A stretch of DNA of 64,000 bases from Candidatus Poribacteria bacterium (GTDB taxonomy: Bacteria; Poribacteria; WGA-4E; PCPOR2b), in NCBI GenBank assembly GCA_965208675.1, contig OZ242351.1:64001-128000 (forward strand), read 5' to 3'. Each line of letters opens with the position of its first letter. Position 1 is the stretch's first letter. A program made the translations under genes and the position numbers. The notes beneath the pieces are model-generated. The model saw only the letters and a list, made by a program, of their open reading frames with translations. It was not told the DNA's origin and searched no databases. Shown in pieces: positions 10,702 through 19,559 of this stretch.

Positions 10702-11211
10702 CAGACTTCTCCTTGGAACAAAATGATGGCTGATTAAATAGTTGCACTCAATACGTAAGTTCTAATTGCAATGTAACAAGTTGGCGCTGAACTCCATCCC
10801 GGAAAGACCGTTAATGGTTAACGCGAAATGCAAAATTTCAAGTCAATCTCAATGCTGCCAAGGATATTCGTTAAGTTACGAGTGGACTCTTGAAAATAGC
10901 TGGTTTGAATCAAACCGGCCGAACAACTTTCTTTGTCTAGGTTGGGGACTCAGCGGTTCTCCGAACACGTGCTGGTTAGGTATCCTAGGGAGACAAAATT
11001 GCAATTCTGATTCGTGAAAACGTACGACTTTTTGTCATGTGAGGACATACGTATTCTATCACAACCCCAAAAAAACATCAACTCAAAATCGAAATTTGGG
11101 AATGTGCTTATTCTTTAAAACCTGTACGAAAATACATCTTTTTTCAGCACTAGTTGTTTTAAACCAAACCCCCAGCGGGGCGACAGGTATTTACAACTCA
11201 AACGCCCAAGA

Positions 11212-11415
11212 ATGGCTTGGTCAACTAATATTCAAACAGGTACTGAATCCACTGAATGTGAGACGCTCGAACAGACAGCCGAAAATTTCGGTTTGCCCCC
11301 TGAAGCGGTCGTGGAAGCAATGCGCTATTATACGCTGCACAGTGACATCGTCGAAGCGGACGTGGAAGCGGAAAAGCGTATTTTCCAGAAGGAATTCGGT
11401 GCCACGGTGGAGTAG
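11212..11415 (+). pseudogene. Probable C-terminal remnant of a DUF433-like antitoxin
   Basis: TLEQTAENFGLPPEAVVEAMRYY resembles the DUF433 C-terminal helices; a REP (CCCCAGCGGGGCGACAGG, ~11170) lies just upstream. Confidence 0.4.
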
Positions 11416-11460
11416 ATCGGACTGTTGCTGACTACTTTATGGCGACCTTGTTCTGTCTTC

Positions 11461-12132
11461 TCAAACCGGCAAAATGCAATTTGGTGTATCGTTGCTCGGT
11501 TTATTCACCAGACGAGACACCGCGTAGGCAGTCATCTCATCAGCGGGATACGGCTGGAGTAGGTGATTCAGCTCGGCGGGTGCTTGGTCGGTCGGATTTA
11601 ACCATAGGTCATACGCATCATTATCCAGGATGACCGGCATTCGATGATGTATCTGCTCCAGCATCTCGTTCGGCGGGCACGTAATGATTGTGCATGACAA
11701 GACGGCGTCTGACTCCTGTGTTGGTTTCCACTGCTCCCACAGCCCGGCGAAGGCGAAAGGCTGCTCCGATGCCATGCGGATGTAATACGGTGTTTTAGCG
11801 CCGCCGCCCGGATCTTTACACCACTCGTAATATCCGTCTGCCAGGATGAGGCATCGCCGACGCTTGTATGCGGTTCGGAAGGAAGGTTTCTCCGCCAACG
11901 TCTCTGATCGTGCGTTTATCATTCGATTGCCGATTGCCGGGTCTTTTGCCCACGACGGAATCAACCCCCACCGGAAGAATTCTATTTTGGCGTGCTTGTT
12001 GTTCGCAACAACAGCGACGTCTTGGGTAGGTGTAATATTGTAGCGTGGGTTGGGTTGGTCGGCAAGTTCCAACCCAGGGAAAGTTTCTGTCAATGTGGTG
12101 GTAGTAGCTGTAAGTGTGAATCGCCCGCACAT
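11461..12132 (-). CDS. SOS response-associated peptidase (SRAP/YedK/HMCES, abasic-site protection)
   Basis: N-terminal MCGRF, RYNITPTQ, WGLIPSW, INARSET, RCLILADGYYEW, IHHRMPVIL. Confidence 0.95.
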   Translation of the reverse strand: MCGRFTLTATTTTLTETFPGLELADQPNPRYNITPTQDVAVVANNKHAKIEFFRWGLIPSWAKDPAIGNRMINARSETLAEKPSFRTAYKRRRCLILADGYYEWCKDPGGGAKTPYYIRMASEQPFAFAGLWEQWKPTQESDAVLSCTIITCPPNEMLEQIHHRMPVILDNDAYDLWLNPTDQAPAELNHLLQPYPADEMTAYAVSRLVNKPSNDTPNCILPV

Positions 12133-12280
12133 TTCTTACCTCTGTAATGCCATCGGAAATTTAGGCCAGTGTCTTGACCAAGATTTGTATAGTGTTTTGT
12201 ATTTGCTAATTATGTAGTTAATAATGTATACTGAAACGCATAAATACAAAAATGTTTAAGGTAGATAAGGAGGTACTACA

Positions 12281-12496
12281 ATGAATTGGAATGTAACGCT
12301 GCAAGTAGCTATACTGGTAATTGCTTACATTGGAGGCGTTGCTTCTATTGGATACTATATTACTAATTCACTAGGTAAGCGTATTGAGGATTTACGTTCT
12401 CAAATGACCAGAGAGCATGACTCCCTATCAGGCAAGGTTGATAGGATTCATGATTTGCTTATTGACCATGTTAAGGATCGCAATCTGCACAATTGA
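12281..12496 (+). CDS. Small single-TM protein with coiled-coil tail
   Basis: AAGGAGG RBS; upstream TTGCTA..TATACT promoter-like hexamers; hydrophobic N-terminus. Confidence 0.7.
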   Translation: MNWNVTLQVAILVIAYIGGVASIGYYITNSLGKRIEDLRSQMTREHDSLSGKVDRIHDLLIDHVKDRNLHN

Positions 12497-12582
12497 TGGA
12501 TTCATGTTTATCGCCCTTCTGCATTTACTGCGCCTACGCTTTGTGCTTGTGCCGGTATTCTATTATATTTTACCGTTTGGTT

Positions 12583-15500
12583 TCAAGTCCAATTGTTCTG
12601 GCGCCCACTATTCCCGCTTCTGCCTGAATCCGCTGCTGAACCTTTGTTGAAAGACATTTCTGTAAAATACTGTGCTTGGATGTTAATCAACTCGCCCTCA
12701 CGCTGCAAGATGCCGCAAACGCACACAAACGGCGAAAGCTTGAAAATCGATCGGTAGCGGTTATAAACATCGCGCGAAATAATCACATTGAGCAGGCTTT
12801 CCTCGTCCTCAATTAGCATGAAGGCGACTCCCTTCGCCGTGGCAGGTTTTTGTATACACACGACTAGCCCCGCTACGCAGGTTCTTACGCCGTTTCGAAG
12901 GTTTTTCAGCGTGTCGCCGCGCCGGACACTCTTATTGAGCGTATTCCGAATGTACTGCATCGGATGCGTGTGCGTCGAAAACCCCTGAACGCGGCACTCC
13001 CACGCCAACTGAGACCATAAGTCAATTCTTGGCAGCGGCGGCGCGGTGATGTCCGGATGGATGAGCAAATTCTTATCTCGCCACCGGTCAAGTATCCACA
13101 GTTGCCACGACAGTTCCCTGCGCGGCAAACCAAAATCATCGAACGCGCCGGCGCCAATCAGATTTTCGATATTAGATGAACTGAGTTGTGTCCGTAGGAC
13201 GAAATCCTGCAGCGACTTGAACCGCCCGCGCTCACGGGCATTCACAATTGACTCGGCTTTCGCCGCACTGATACCTTTCACACAGACTAAACTTAATCGA
13301 ATAGCTTGCGGTTCTGTATTTTCGAGAAAACAACGGCCCCCGCTGCGATTAACGTTCACGCTTAAGATTTTTACCCCGCTGCGTTGGGCGTCGGCTATCA
13401 AGATTCGCACCGGATAGAACCCAAGCGGCTGATTGTTAATGAGCGCTGCAGTATAAGCGGCTGGATAGTAGCGCTTAAGCCATGCCGACTGGTAAGCGAG
13501 CTGGGCGAATACCAGAGCGTGCGATTTACAAAATCCGTAGCCTGCAAATCCTTTAATACAGTCGAAAATCTGGAGCGCATCGCTGCGCGAAACCCCGTTT
13601 CTGACCGCGCTGTCCACGAAGTCGCCTTCCATCTTGTCAACAACTTTCTTAAAGCGGTTTTTATCCAAATCGCGCCTCAAATTTTCAGCCGCGCCAGCGG
13701 TGTAACCGGCAATGGCGCAAGCGATTTGGATGATCTGTTCTTGAAAGAGCACCACCCCTAGCGTCTCTTCAAGAATCGGCTCAAGCAGGCGGTGCTGATA
13801 CTGAATTCTCTCACGCCCCTGTCTTCGCCGAATGTAGGGGTTCACGGCGCGTCCTTGTACCGGCCCCGGCCTTATTATCGCCACTTCAATCGCTAGGTCT
13901 AACAAACTGTGCGGTTTGACGCGCGGTAACGTCTGCATTTGGACGCGGGATTCGATCTGGAACAACCCAATCGTGTCGGCGCGGGCAATCATATCGTATA
14001 CGCCGGCATCGTCAGTATTAATGTCCGCTAGGTCAATTTTAAGCCCGTAAGCCTCGGCAATCAAAATAAGGCATTCTCTAATGACGGCGAGGATGCCCAA
14101 GCCTAATAAGTCCACTTTGATCAGACCCGCGGTTTCAACATAATCTTTGTCCCATTGGCAGATTCGTTGCCCTTGTGTCGTTGAATACTGCAGCGGTACT
14201 AACTTCGTAAGTTCGCACGAAGTGATTATCATCCCGCCCGGATGGGTTGAAACGTGGCGGGGCGTTCCGATTACCGCCTGAACCTGATCGCGGAAATGCC
14301 GCCACTTTGCTTGTTTGGTATAACAATCAAACTGCTTGAATGTCTCAATCTTGCTAAACGCAGGTTCTGGATCTTTTCGTCCTTCCGTGAAGCGTGACAT
14401 CGTTTCCAACAGAGATTGCGGGTAGCCAAAAACCTTGCCAATCTCGCGGATAGCCATCTTGACGCCGAAGGTGATGAACGTGCAGGTCAATCCTACACAA
14501 TCAACGCCGTATTTACGCTGAACGTAGTTCAGGACATCATCTCGATCGGGCAGCCGAACATCGCGGGCAGAGGCGAAATCGAGGTCAATGTCCGGAATTG
14601 TAGATCGCTCTTCGTTGAGAAAACGGGCAAATACCAAATTATACGCAATCGGATCCACTGTCGTGATATCAAGAAGATAGGTCACAAGCGAATTCGCCGC
14701 CGAACCGCGGCCCTGTGTCGGGATGCCTTTAGATTGGGCGAATTGCACGATATCCCACACCATTAAGAAATATCCGGCAAGACCTAGACGCCCGATAAGC
14801 GTAAGTTCCTCGCGCAGTCTAGCTCTAATCCGGTCTGTTATTGAGGCATACTTTTTGGAGAGCGATGCCTCACATAGCATGGTCAAATATGTGCTTTCCG
14901 TATAGCCCGCAGGCACGGCATAGTTCGGGAACCGATATTTAGAAAAATCGAACTCAACATTGCATTGCTCGCTGATTAGCCGCGTATTTTTCAACGCCGA
15001 CGGCATTTCTCTGAATAGCGCCGCCATTTCCTGAGGCGGCTTGAGATAGCGTTGATGGTTTGTGGACCGTATGCCGTCCGATTCGTCTAGGGGCACTTTA
15101 TGGACGATGCACCGCATCACATCGTGCAATCGCGCCTTATCCTCAGTCGCATAATGCACCGCATTGCTAGCGGCGCACGGCAGGCATAACTCGTGCGCTA
15201 GTTGACACAGTGCCTTGCAGAGACCGGTATCGCCGGGTTCGAGATGGTTGTTGAGCTCGATATAGAGATGGTCATCGGGAAAGATTTGGCGGTACGCATC
15301 TAAACGCGCCCGCGCTAATTCAATCTGATTCTGCTGCAAGAGCGCGGCGGCGTGGCTCTGTTTTCCAATCAGGCAAATGAGATTACGTGAGCATTCGCTG
15401 AGTTGCTCTGCTGTTACTTGCGGATCGGATGCTGAGTTGGCGTGAGCCTGAGTGATCAGCCGCGAAAGTTGATGATAACCCGTAATGTCTTGGCACAATA

Positions 15501-15738
15501 AAACGACTTTATCAATTTTATCGTCTAAGGCTACGGAAATGACAGAACCGACAATGCTGTGAAGCCCAATCTCTTCGCACCGGTTAATAAACGGAATCAC
15601 GCCGTACAAGCCGGCTGTGTCCGTTAACGCCAACCCCTTCAATCCCAGTTTCTGCGCCCGCTCGGCAAGTACACCCGGGCTGGAAGTGCCATCCAAAAAA
15701 CTGTAATAGCTATGACAGTGAAGTTCGGCGTAATCCAT
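12583..15738 (-). CDS. dnaE2: Error-prone DNA polymerase III alpha (DnaE2/ImuC)
   Basis: YAELHCHSYYSFLDG PHP domain, GRGSAANS, PDIDLDF, KVDLLGLG, C-terminal OB fold ..PATAKGVAF. Confidence 0.93.
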   Translation of the reverse strand: MDYAELHCHSYYSFLDGTSSPGVLAERAQKLGLKGLALTDTAGLYGVIPFINRCEEIGLHSIVGSVISVALDDKIDKVVLLCQDITGYHQLSRLITQAHANSASDPQVTAEQLSECSRNLICLIGKQSHAAALLQQNQIELARARLDAYRQIFPDDHLYIELNNHLEPGDTGLCKALCQLAHELCLPCAASNAVHYATEDKARLHDVMRCIVHKVPLDESDGIRSTNHQRYLKPPQEMAALFREMPSALKNTRLISEQCNVEFDFSKYRFPNYAVPAGYTESTYLTMLCEASLSKKYASITDRIRARLREELTLIGRLGLAGYFLMVWDIVQFAQSKGIPTQGRGSAANSLVTYLLDITTVDPIAYNLVFARFLNEERSTIPDIDLDFASARDVRLPDRDDVLNYVQRKYGVDCVGLTCTFITFGVKMAIREIGKVFGYPQSLLETMSRFTEGRKDPEPAFSKIETFKQFDCYTKQAKWRHFRDQVQAVIGTPRHVSTHPGGMIITSCELTKLVPLQYSTTQGQRICQWDKDYVETAGLIKVDLLGLGILAVIRECLILIAEAYGLKIDLADINTDDAGVYDMIARADTIGLFQIESRVQMQTLPRVKPHSLLDLAIEVAIIRPGPVQGRAVNPYIRRRQGRERIQYQHRLLEPILEETLGVVLFQEQIIQIACAIAGYTAGAAENLRRDLDKNRFKKVVDKMEGDFVDSAVRNGVSRSDALQIFDCIKGFAGYGFCKSHALVFAQLAYQSAWLKRYYPAAYTAALINNQPLGFYPVRILIADAQRSGVKILSVNVNRSGGRCFLENTEPQAIRLSLVCVKGISAAKAESIVNARERGRFKSLQDFVLRTQLSSSNIENLIGAGAFDDFGLPRRELSWQLWILDRWRDKNLLIHPDITAPPLPRIDLWSQLAWECRVQGFSTHTHPMQYIRNTLNKSVRRGDTLKNLRNGVRTCVAGLVVCIQKPATAKGVAFMLIEDEESLLNVIISRDVYNRYRSIFKLSPFVCVCGILQREGELINIQAQYFTEMSFNKGSAADSGRSGNSGRQNNWT

Positions 15739-15836
15739 TATAGTCTATGCCATACATATTTACACATGTTTCGGTAAGTGCGGTTTCCAACCGCACCTAT
15801 GGACTGGACAAATACCGGTTCGGTTAGGAAACTGAA

Positions 15837-16637
15837 CTATCGGCATAGCTTCCAATCGTCACGGACAAGATCGTGGCAAACTGTTAACTCGCGTCCGGAA
15901 GTATACAATTTGAAGTAAATCAACTCTTGCGGTTTTTCTGTCCACCAAGCATCCTCTAGCTTCCAGACATCTATGATGCTGTCAAAATATAGCCACTTGT
16001 CATCGTATCGCATGCGCTCGGGAAAGTCGATGCACCCAATTTTTTTTGACGTTACCGAAATTCGCTCTGAATAGCCGCTGAGTTCCTTGCCCCAGATGGT
16101 TAAGTGTTGTGCAGTGGTGTCAGCCGTTATTGGCGGTCGATAGAACGTGAGCGGGGATGGGTCAACGCCTTTGCCCAACTCTGACATCGCAGCCCCTTGC
16201 TTTCCAAATTGCCGGATTAGATCCGCCTTTTTGATGTTAGCCAACTGTCCGAGCATGCAGAGCCCTAATCTGTCCAGACGCCTATGCAGCTCGGCATCGA
16301 GCGGCAGAAGCGAAACGCTCTGATTTGCCATAAACGCCGGCGTCTCCTCTGATGATACGACGCACGGCGCATCCGGGGTTGCGTTTTGCGCTGCGGCAAG
16401 ACTGGCGAAACGGGACGATGCGACACCGACGCGGACATCGGGGCAAATCCCTTTCAACTCGCCTCGTAAATGTCTGATGAAATCGTCGGCTTCGTCCGTA
16501 ATTTCGGAAACCCCTAAATTTAAATAGATGCAGTTACTTTTGATTTCACACCTCAGACAGCCAGCCTCTTCCGTCAATATTTCTTGAATCTTTTTTAATT
16601 GAGTCTTAAGGTTCTCTACCAGCAAGCAAGCAATCAT
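15837..16637 (-). CDS. imuB: Shortened ImuB-like (inactive Y-family polymerase) with C-terminal WW/DUF6504-like module
   Basis: RVGVASSRFASLAAA, LDRLGL..LGQLA, QFG; tail DVWKLEDAWW..YFKL; directly upstream of dnaE2. Confidence 0.7.
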   Translation of the reverse strand: MIACLLVENLKTQLKKIQEILTEEAGCLRCEIKSNCIYLNLGVSEITDEADDFIRHLRGELKGICPDVRVGVASSRFASLAAAQNATPDAPCVVSSEETPAFMANQSVSLLPLDAELHRRLDRLGLCMLGQLANIKKADLIRQFGKQGAAMSELGKGVDPSPLTFYRPPITADTTAQHLTIWGKELSGYSERISVTSKKIGCIDFPERMRYDDKWLYFDSIIDVWKLEDAWWTEKPQELIYFKLYTSGRELTVCHDLVRDDWKLCR

Positions 16638-16678
16638 AATTATATGAATTCCTAACCCAGCCTAAAATACTTAACTAA

Positions 16679-16707
16679 ATAATACTATTTATGAGTTACC
16701 CAGTCAA
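16679..16707 (-). promoter_or_regulatory. Sigma70-like promoter of imuB-dnaE2 (TTGACT-17-TATTAT)
   Basis: Read on the minus strand about 40-70 bp upstream of the ATG. Confidence 0.5.
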
Positions 16708-16825
16708 GAAAAAAATCACCCCGAATAATCTTCTGTCGAATTCTCCCGAAAAGGCGGCAACGAATGCCGTGCCGCGGTGCGTTACGGCTGGCCAATGCGG
16801 GTTGGGGGATTGGAGGAAAGCTTCT

Positions 16826-17600
16826 GTAGGTTGGGTTGAGCAATCAAGTGAACGAACAGTCTTTGAAACCGAGTTTTTTTCTTCAAAACTCGGTTTCTTA
16901 ATCGCAGCAAACCTGTACTTTAGCCCCAGCGGGGCGGCAGGTATATAGAAAACACAGTAACCCAATCCCCAAAGTTTTTGTAGGTTGGGTAGGGCGATCA
17001 ACTGAGCGGATAGGGAGCCCAATAGTCTTCCCATTAAAATCCTCCCCCTTGCCAAGGTGGGATCAACCGACCGAATAGGATCAACTGAGTGAATAGCGAA
17101 GGCGATAGTTTTCCTATAGTCTTCTCAAGTTATTGTAGTTCTTGTAGGTTGGGTTGAGCGGATTTCACAAAATAACGTGCATTTTTACTTTGCGCTCCGG
17201 AGGACTAACGCCGTACAAGATTCGATGCACCGAGCGTAACCCAACGCTTTTCGAATTTACGTAACGCTTCCAATAAATCAAACGCCCCGAACTATCCAAA
17301 AACGTTGGGTTCGCTAGATCTTAACAAATACCAAACAACCTCTTATACCAATATCCATTCAACATTTTTCGCGTCTTTCATTTACTCCGCTTAACCCAAC
17401 CTACAAAAACTACGCTTCAACACCGAATGATTATGTGCACCCTTAGTCATAGCCCATCATTCAATCATAAAAATCACAGTTCAGACAGCTTTTGTAGGTT
17501 GGGTAGAGCGGATTCATCCAAAAACACTCATGAAAACGAACCGCCCCGTCAACCTCACCGCGTACAAAACTCGATGGATATAGCGAAACCCAACGCTTTT
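16826..17600. repeat. Cluster of GTAGGTTGGGT(T/A)GAGCG...AACCCAAC REP-like elements (16826, 16980, 17144, 17393 inverted, 17494; also 19698, 20597)
   Basis: Repeated GTAG-initiated imperfect palindromes. Confidence 0.8.
16865..16897. repeat. Palindromic repeat GAAACCGAGTTTT-ttcttc-AAAACTCGGTTTC; copies at 22246-22279 and 37054-37085
   Basis: Three near-identical hairpins. Confidence 0.85.
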
Positions 17601-17651
17601 CAAACCTCACCCATCCCAATTGATTACCAAACACCAACACCGCTGCTAATC
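17584..17651 (+). repeat. 68-bp direct repeat, copy 1 (copy 2 at 19751-19818)
   Basis: CGAAACCCAACGCTTTTCAAACCTCACCCATCCCAATTGATTACCAAACACC..CCGCTGCTAATC, 2 mismatches. Confidence 0.85.
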
Positions 17652-17666
17652 GCCGATGTCCGAGCG

Positions 17667-17700
17667 AAAAAAAAAGCCCCTACTCCATACCAATAGGGGC
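17667..17700 (-). terminator. Rho-independent terminator
   Basis: GCCCCTA/TAGGGGC stem followed by T9 on the minus strand, downstream of the protease pseudogene. Confidence 0.7.
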
Positions 17701-17797
17701 ATTTACACCATGTCAATGTTCTGCTGCTGCTCCATCTAATTCATTGCCAACCTAACGCGTTAAAGAAATCTCCTTGCCTTTTCGCTCATTTGCTGCC

Positions 17798-18822
17798 TTA
17801 TTCTACTATTTCAAAATCAAGGATTCTAAACTCAAGCCTTCCTGCTGTAATTGGGTCGTCAATTTTATGACAGCACATGCTCCAAACATCCCATGAGACA
17901 TGAAAACTATGTCTTTTTGCTAGTCCCGCCAGAATTGTGTAAAAATACCCACCTGAAAACGTGTCAATTGGGTCACCTAGCTCATCGTAGAAGATAATGA
18001 GGTATTTAACTTTCTTCACGTCCTTACGCAGGTGATTCCGCAAAGAAAATCAGATCCAATACTTCGGTGCAAGACGAAAGGGATATTTAAACTTTCCCGC
18101 CGTTACTCCTTCCACACCTCGACCGCCGTAGTTGGATAGAATAGAACGCCGAGATTTGCCGTGTTGCGTCTGCGATAAGGGGTCGGGGCGCGAATTTTTG
18201 AAATCAAAGCCGTAAGATAGTTTGAAGGGATAGCAAAATTCAGATTTTGGCCCTTGCGAAACGTGGCGACTGAAACCCCTATTACGTTTCCGCTATCATT
18301 CAGCACGGGACCGCCGCTGCTACCCGGAGAAATCGGAGCGGTAAGCTGGATCAACTTGTCCGTTCCGACAGTTCGCACACCGCTGACAATCCCTTGCGAA
18401 AACGTCCCTTCCAAACCGTGTGGGTTACCCACAGCGTAGACCGTCTCCCCGACCAAAACCGTATCGCTGTCTCCCATTGGGAGTGCCCGCGTCCCCAAAT
18501 CGGCGACATTCAGAATCGCAAGATCCCTTTTCTGATCAATCGCGGAGACACCTACAATCTCGTACTTTGTTTTTTGACCCACTAATTTCGCATATCCGCT
18601 CGCTGACCCTTCTACGACGTGAAGGTTGGTTGCAATCTGCTGAGGTTGTACAAAAAAACTGCTGCCCAATCCAACCGGTTGACCGTTGGCATCTTCCATG
18701 ATTAAGAGCACAGTAGAATCAAACGCACTTTTCGCAATCTGTTGGGCAGTCTGTGCATCCGCAAGAGGGATTCCGCAAATCAGAAAAAACCAGAACACCA
18801 TAAGCCGTTGCTTTGTAACCAT
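17798..18822 (-). pseudogene. Secreted trypsin-like (S1C/Trypsin_2) serine protease, interrupted by a frameshift (~18180) and an in-frame TGA (18050-18052)
   Basis: Signal peptide, ATNLHVV, RDLAIL, ISPGSSGGP; shifted frame LSQTQHGKSRRSILSNYGG..KYWI*FSLRNHLRK runs into ORF 17798..18043. Confidence 0.7.
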
Positions 18823-18836
18823 AATTACCTTTCGTG

Positions 18837-19559
18837 CTAGTTTAGATACAAACTCCCTTCCTGCAGAAGCGCTTGCTGAATTTCAGGAGAAAATAACTCT
18901 CTTGTAATATACCGATATTCATCTTCAGTTGTTGTCGGGTCGTTTTTGAGAATGTTGACCATTATCCGCGCCTCTTCAAGAGTGAGGGTTGCGACAGCCG
19001 CTTTCACACGGGAATCGATAGCATTTTCAACGGCTTGCATATTAGCCAGCAACTCATCATACTGGTCGAGGCTTATATCTGGATTGAATGGAACGAAAGC
19101 CATAACCTGCTCAAGTGCTTCATCAGATAATCCCGAGTCCCGCCACAAATCTCGCAAAGTCCGATATGTCTGCGGTTCACTGATATCTATATCGGGTTTT
19201 TCACGCATTTCCGCTATCTCACGCCGAATTTTGGACACATCATCTTCAATGCTTAGGCTATGCGACGAATCATCACTGGCGCCTTCTTGAAGCGTTGGCG
19301 ACGCTACAGAATCGCCGCCCATTTCTTCCGATGATGGAGTGCCTGAAATGCCGGGTTTGGTTGGACCAGGTTCGAATGAATAATTGGACTTAACCCCGTT
19401 CGTTTTGGATTCTCCATTAAACGGTGGAGTGGGTACGTCATTCACTATAACGGTTTCGGTAACAGGTACTCCACGATTGTATTGGTATAGCACAAACGTA
19501 ACGGCTAGAATACCGATAATCCCTATACATACCGTAAAGAGCAATTTCCTTCGCATCAT
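18837..19559 (-). CDS. Membrane-anchored hypothetical protein (N-terminal TM, P/S-rich linker, helical C-terminus)
   Basis: 240-aa ORF with GGAG RBS; co-oriented with the protease. Confidence 0.7.
   Translation of the reverse strand: MMRRKLLFTVCIGIIGILAVTFVLYQYNRGVPVTETVIVNDVPTPPFNGESKTNGVKSNYSFEPGPTKPGISGTPSSEEMGGDSVASPTLQEGASDDSSHSLSIEDDVSKIRREIAEMREKPDIDISEPQTYRTLRDLWRDSGLSDEALEQVMAFVPFNPDISLDQYDELLANMQAVENAIDSRVKAAVATLTLEEARIMVNILKNDPTTTEDEYRYITRELFSPEIQQALLQEGSLYLN

Noticed and set aside
16691-17696. Short ORFs in the REP cluster, and ORFs 20208-20918
   Set aside because: Built from repeat or non-coding sequence; no RBS or protein motifs
18050-18052. TGA recoding (selenocysteine or alternative genetic code)
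   Set aside because: TGA terminates many genes here (valS, cas3, cas2) and the same gene has a frameshift, so decay is simpler
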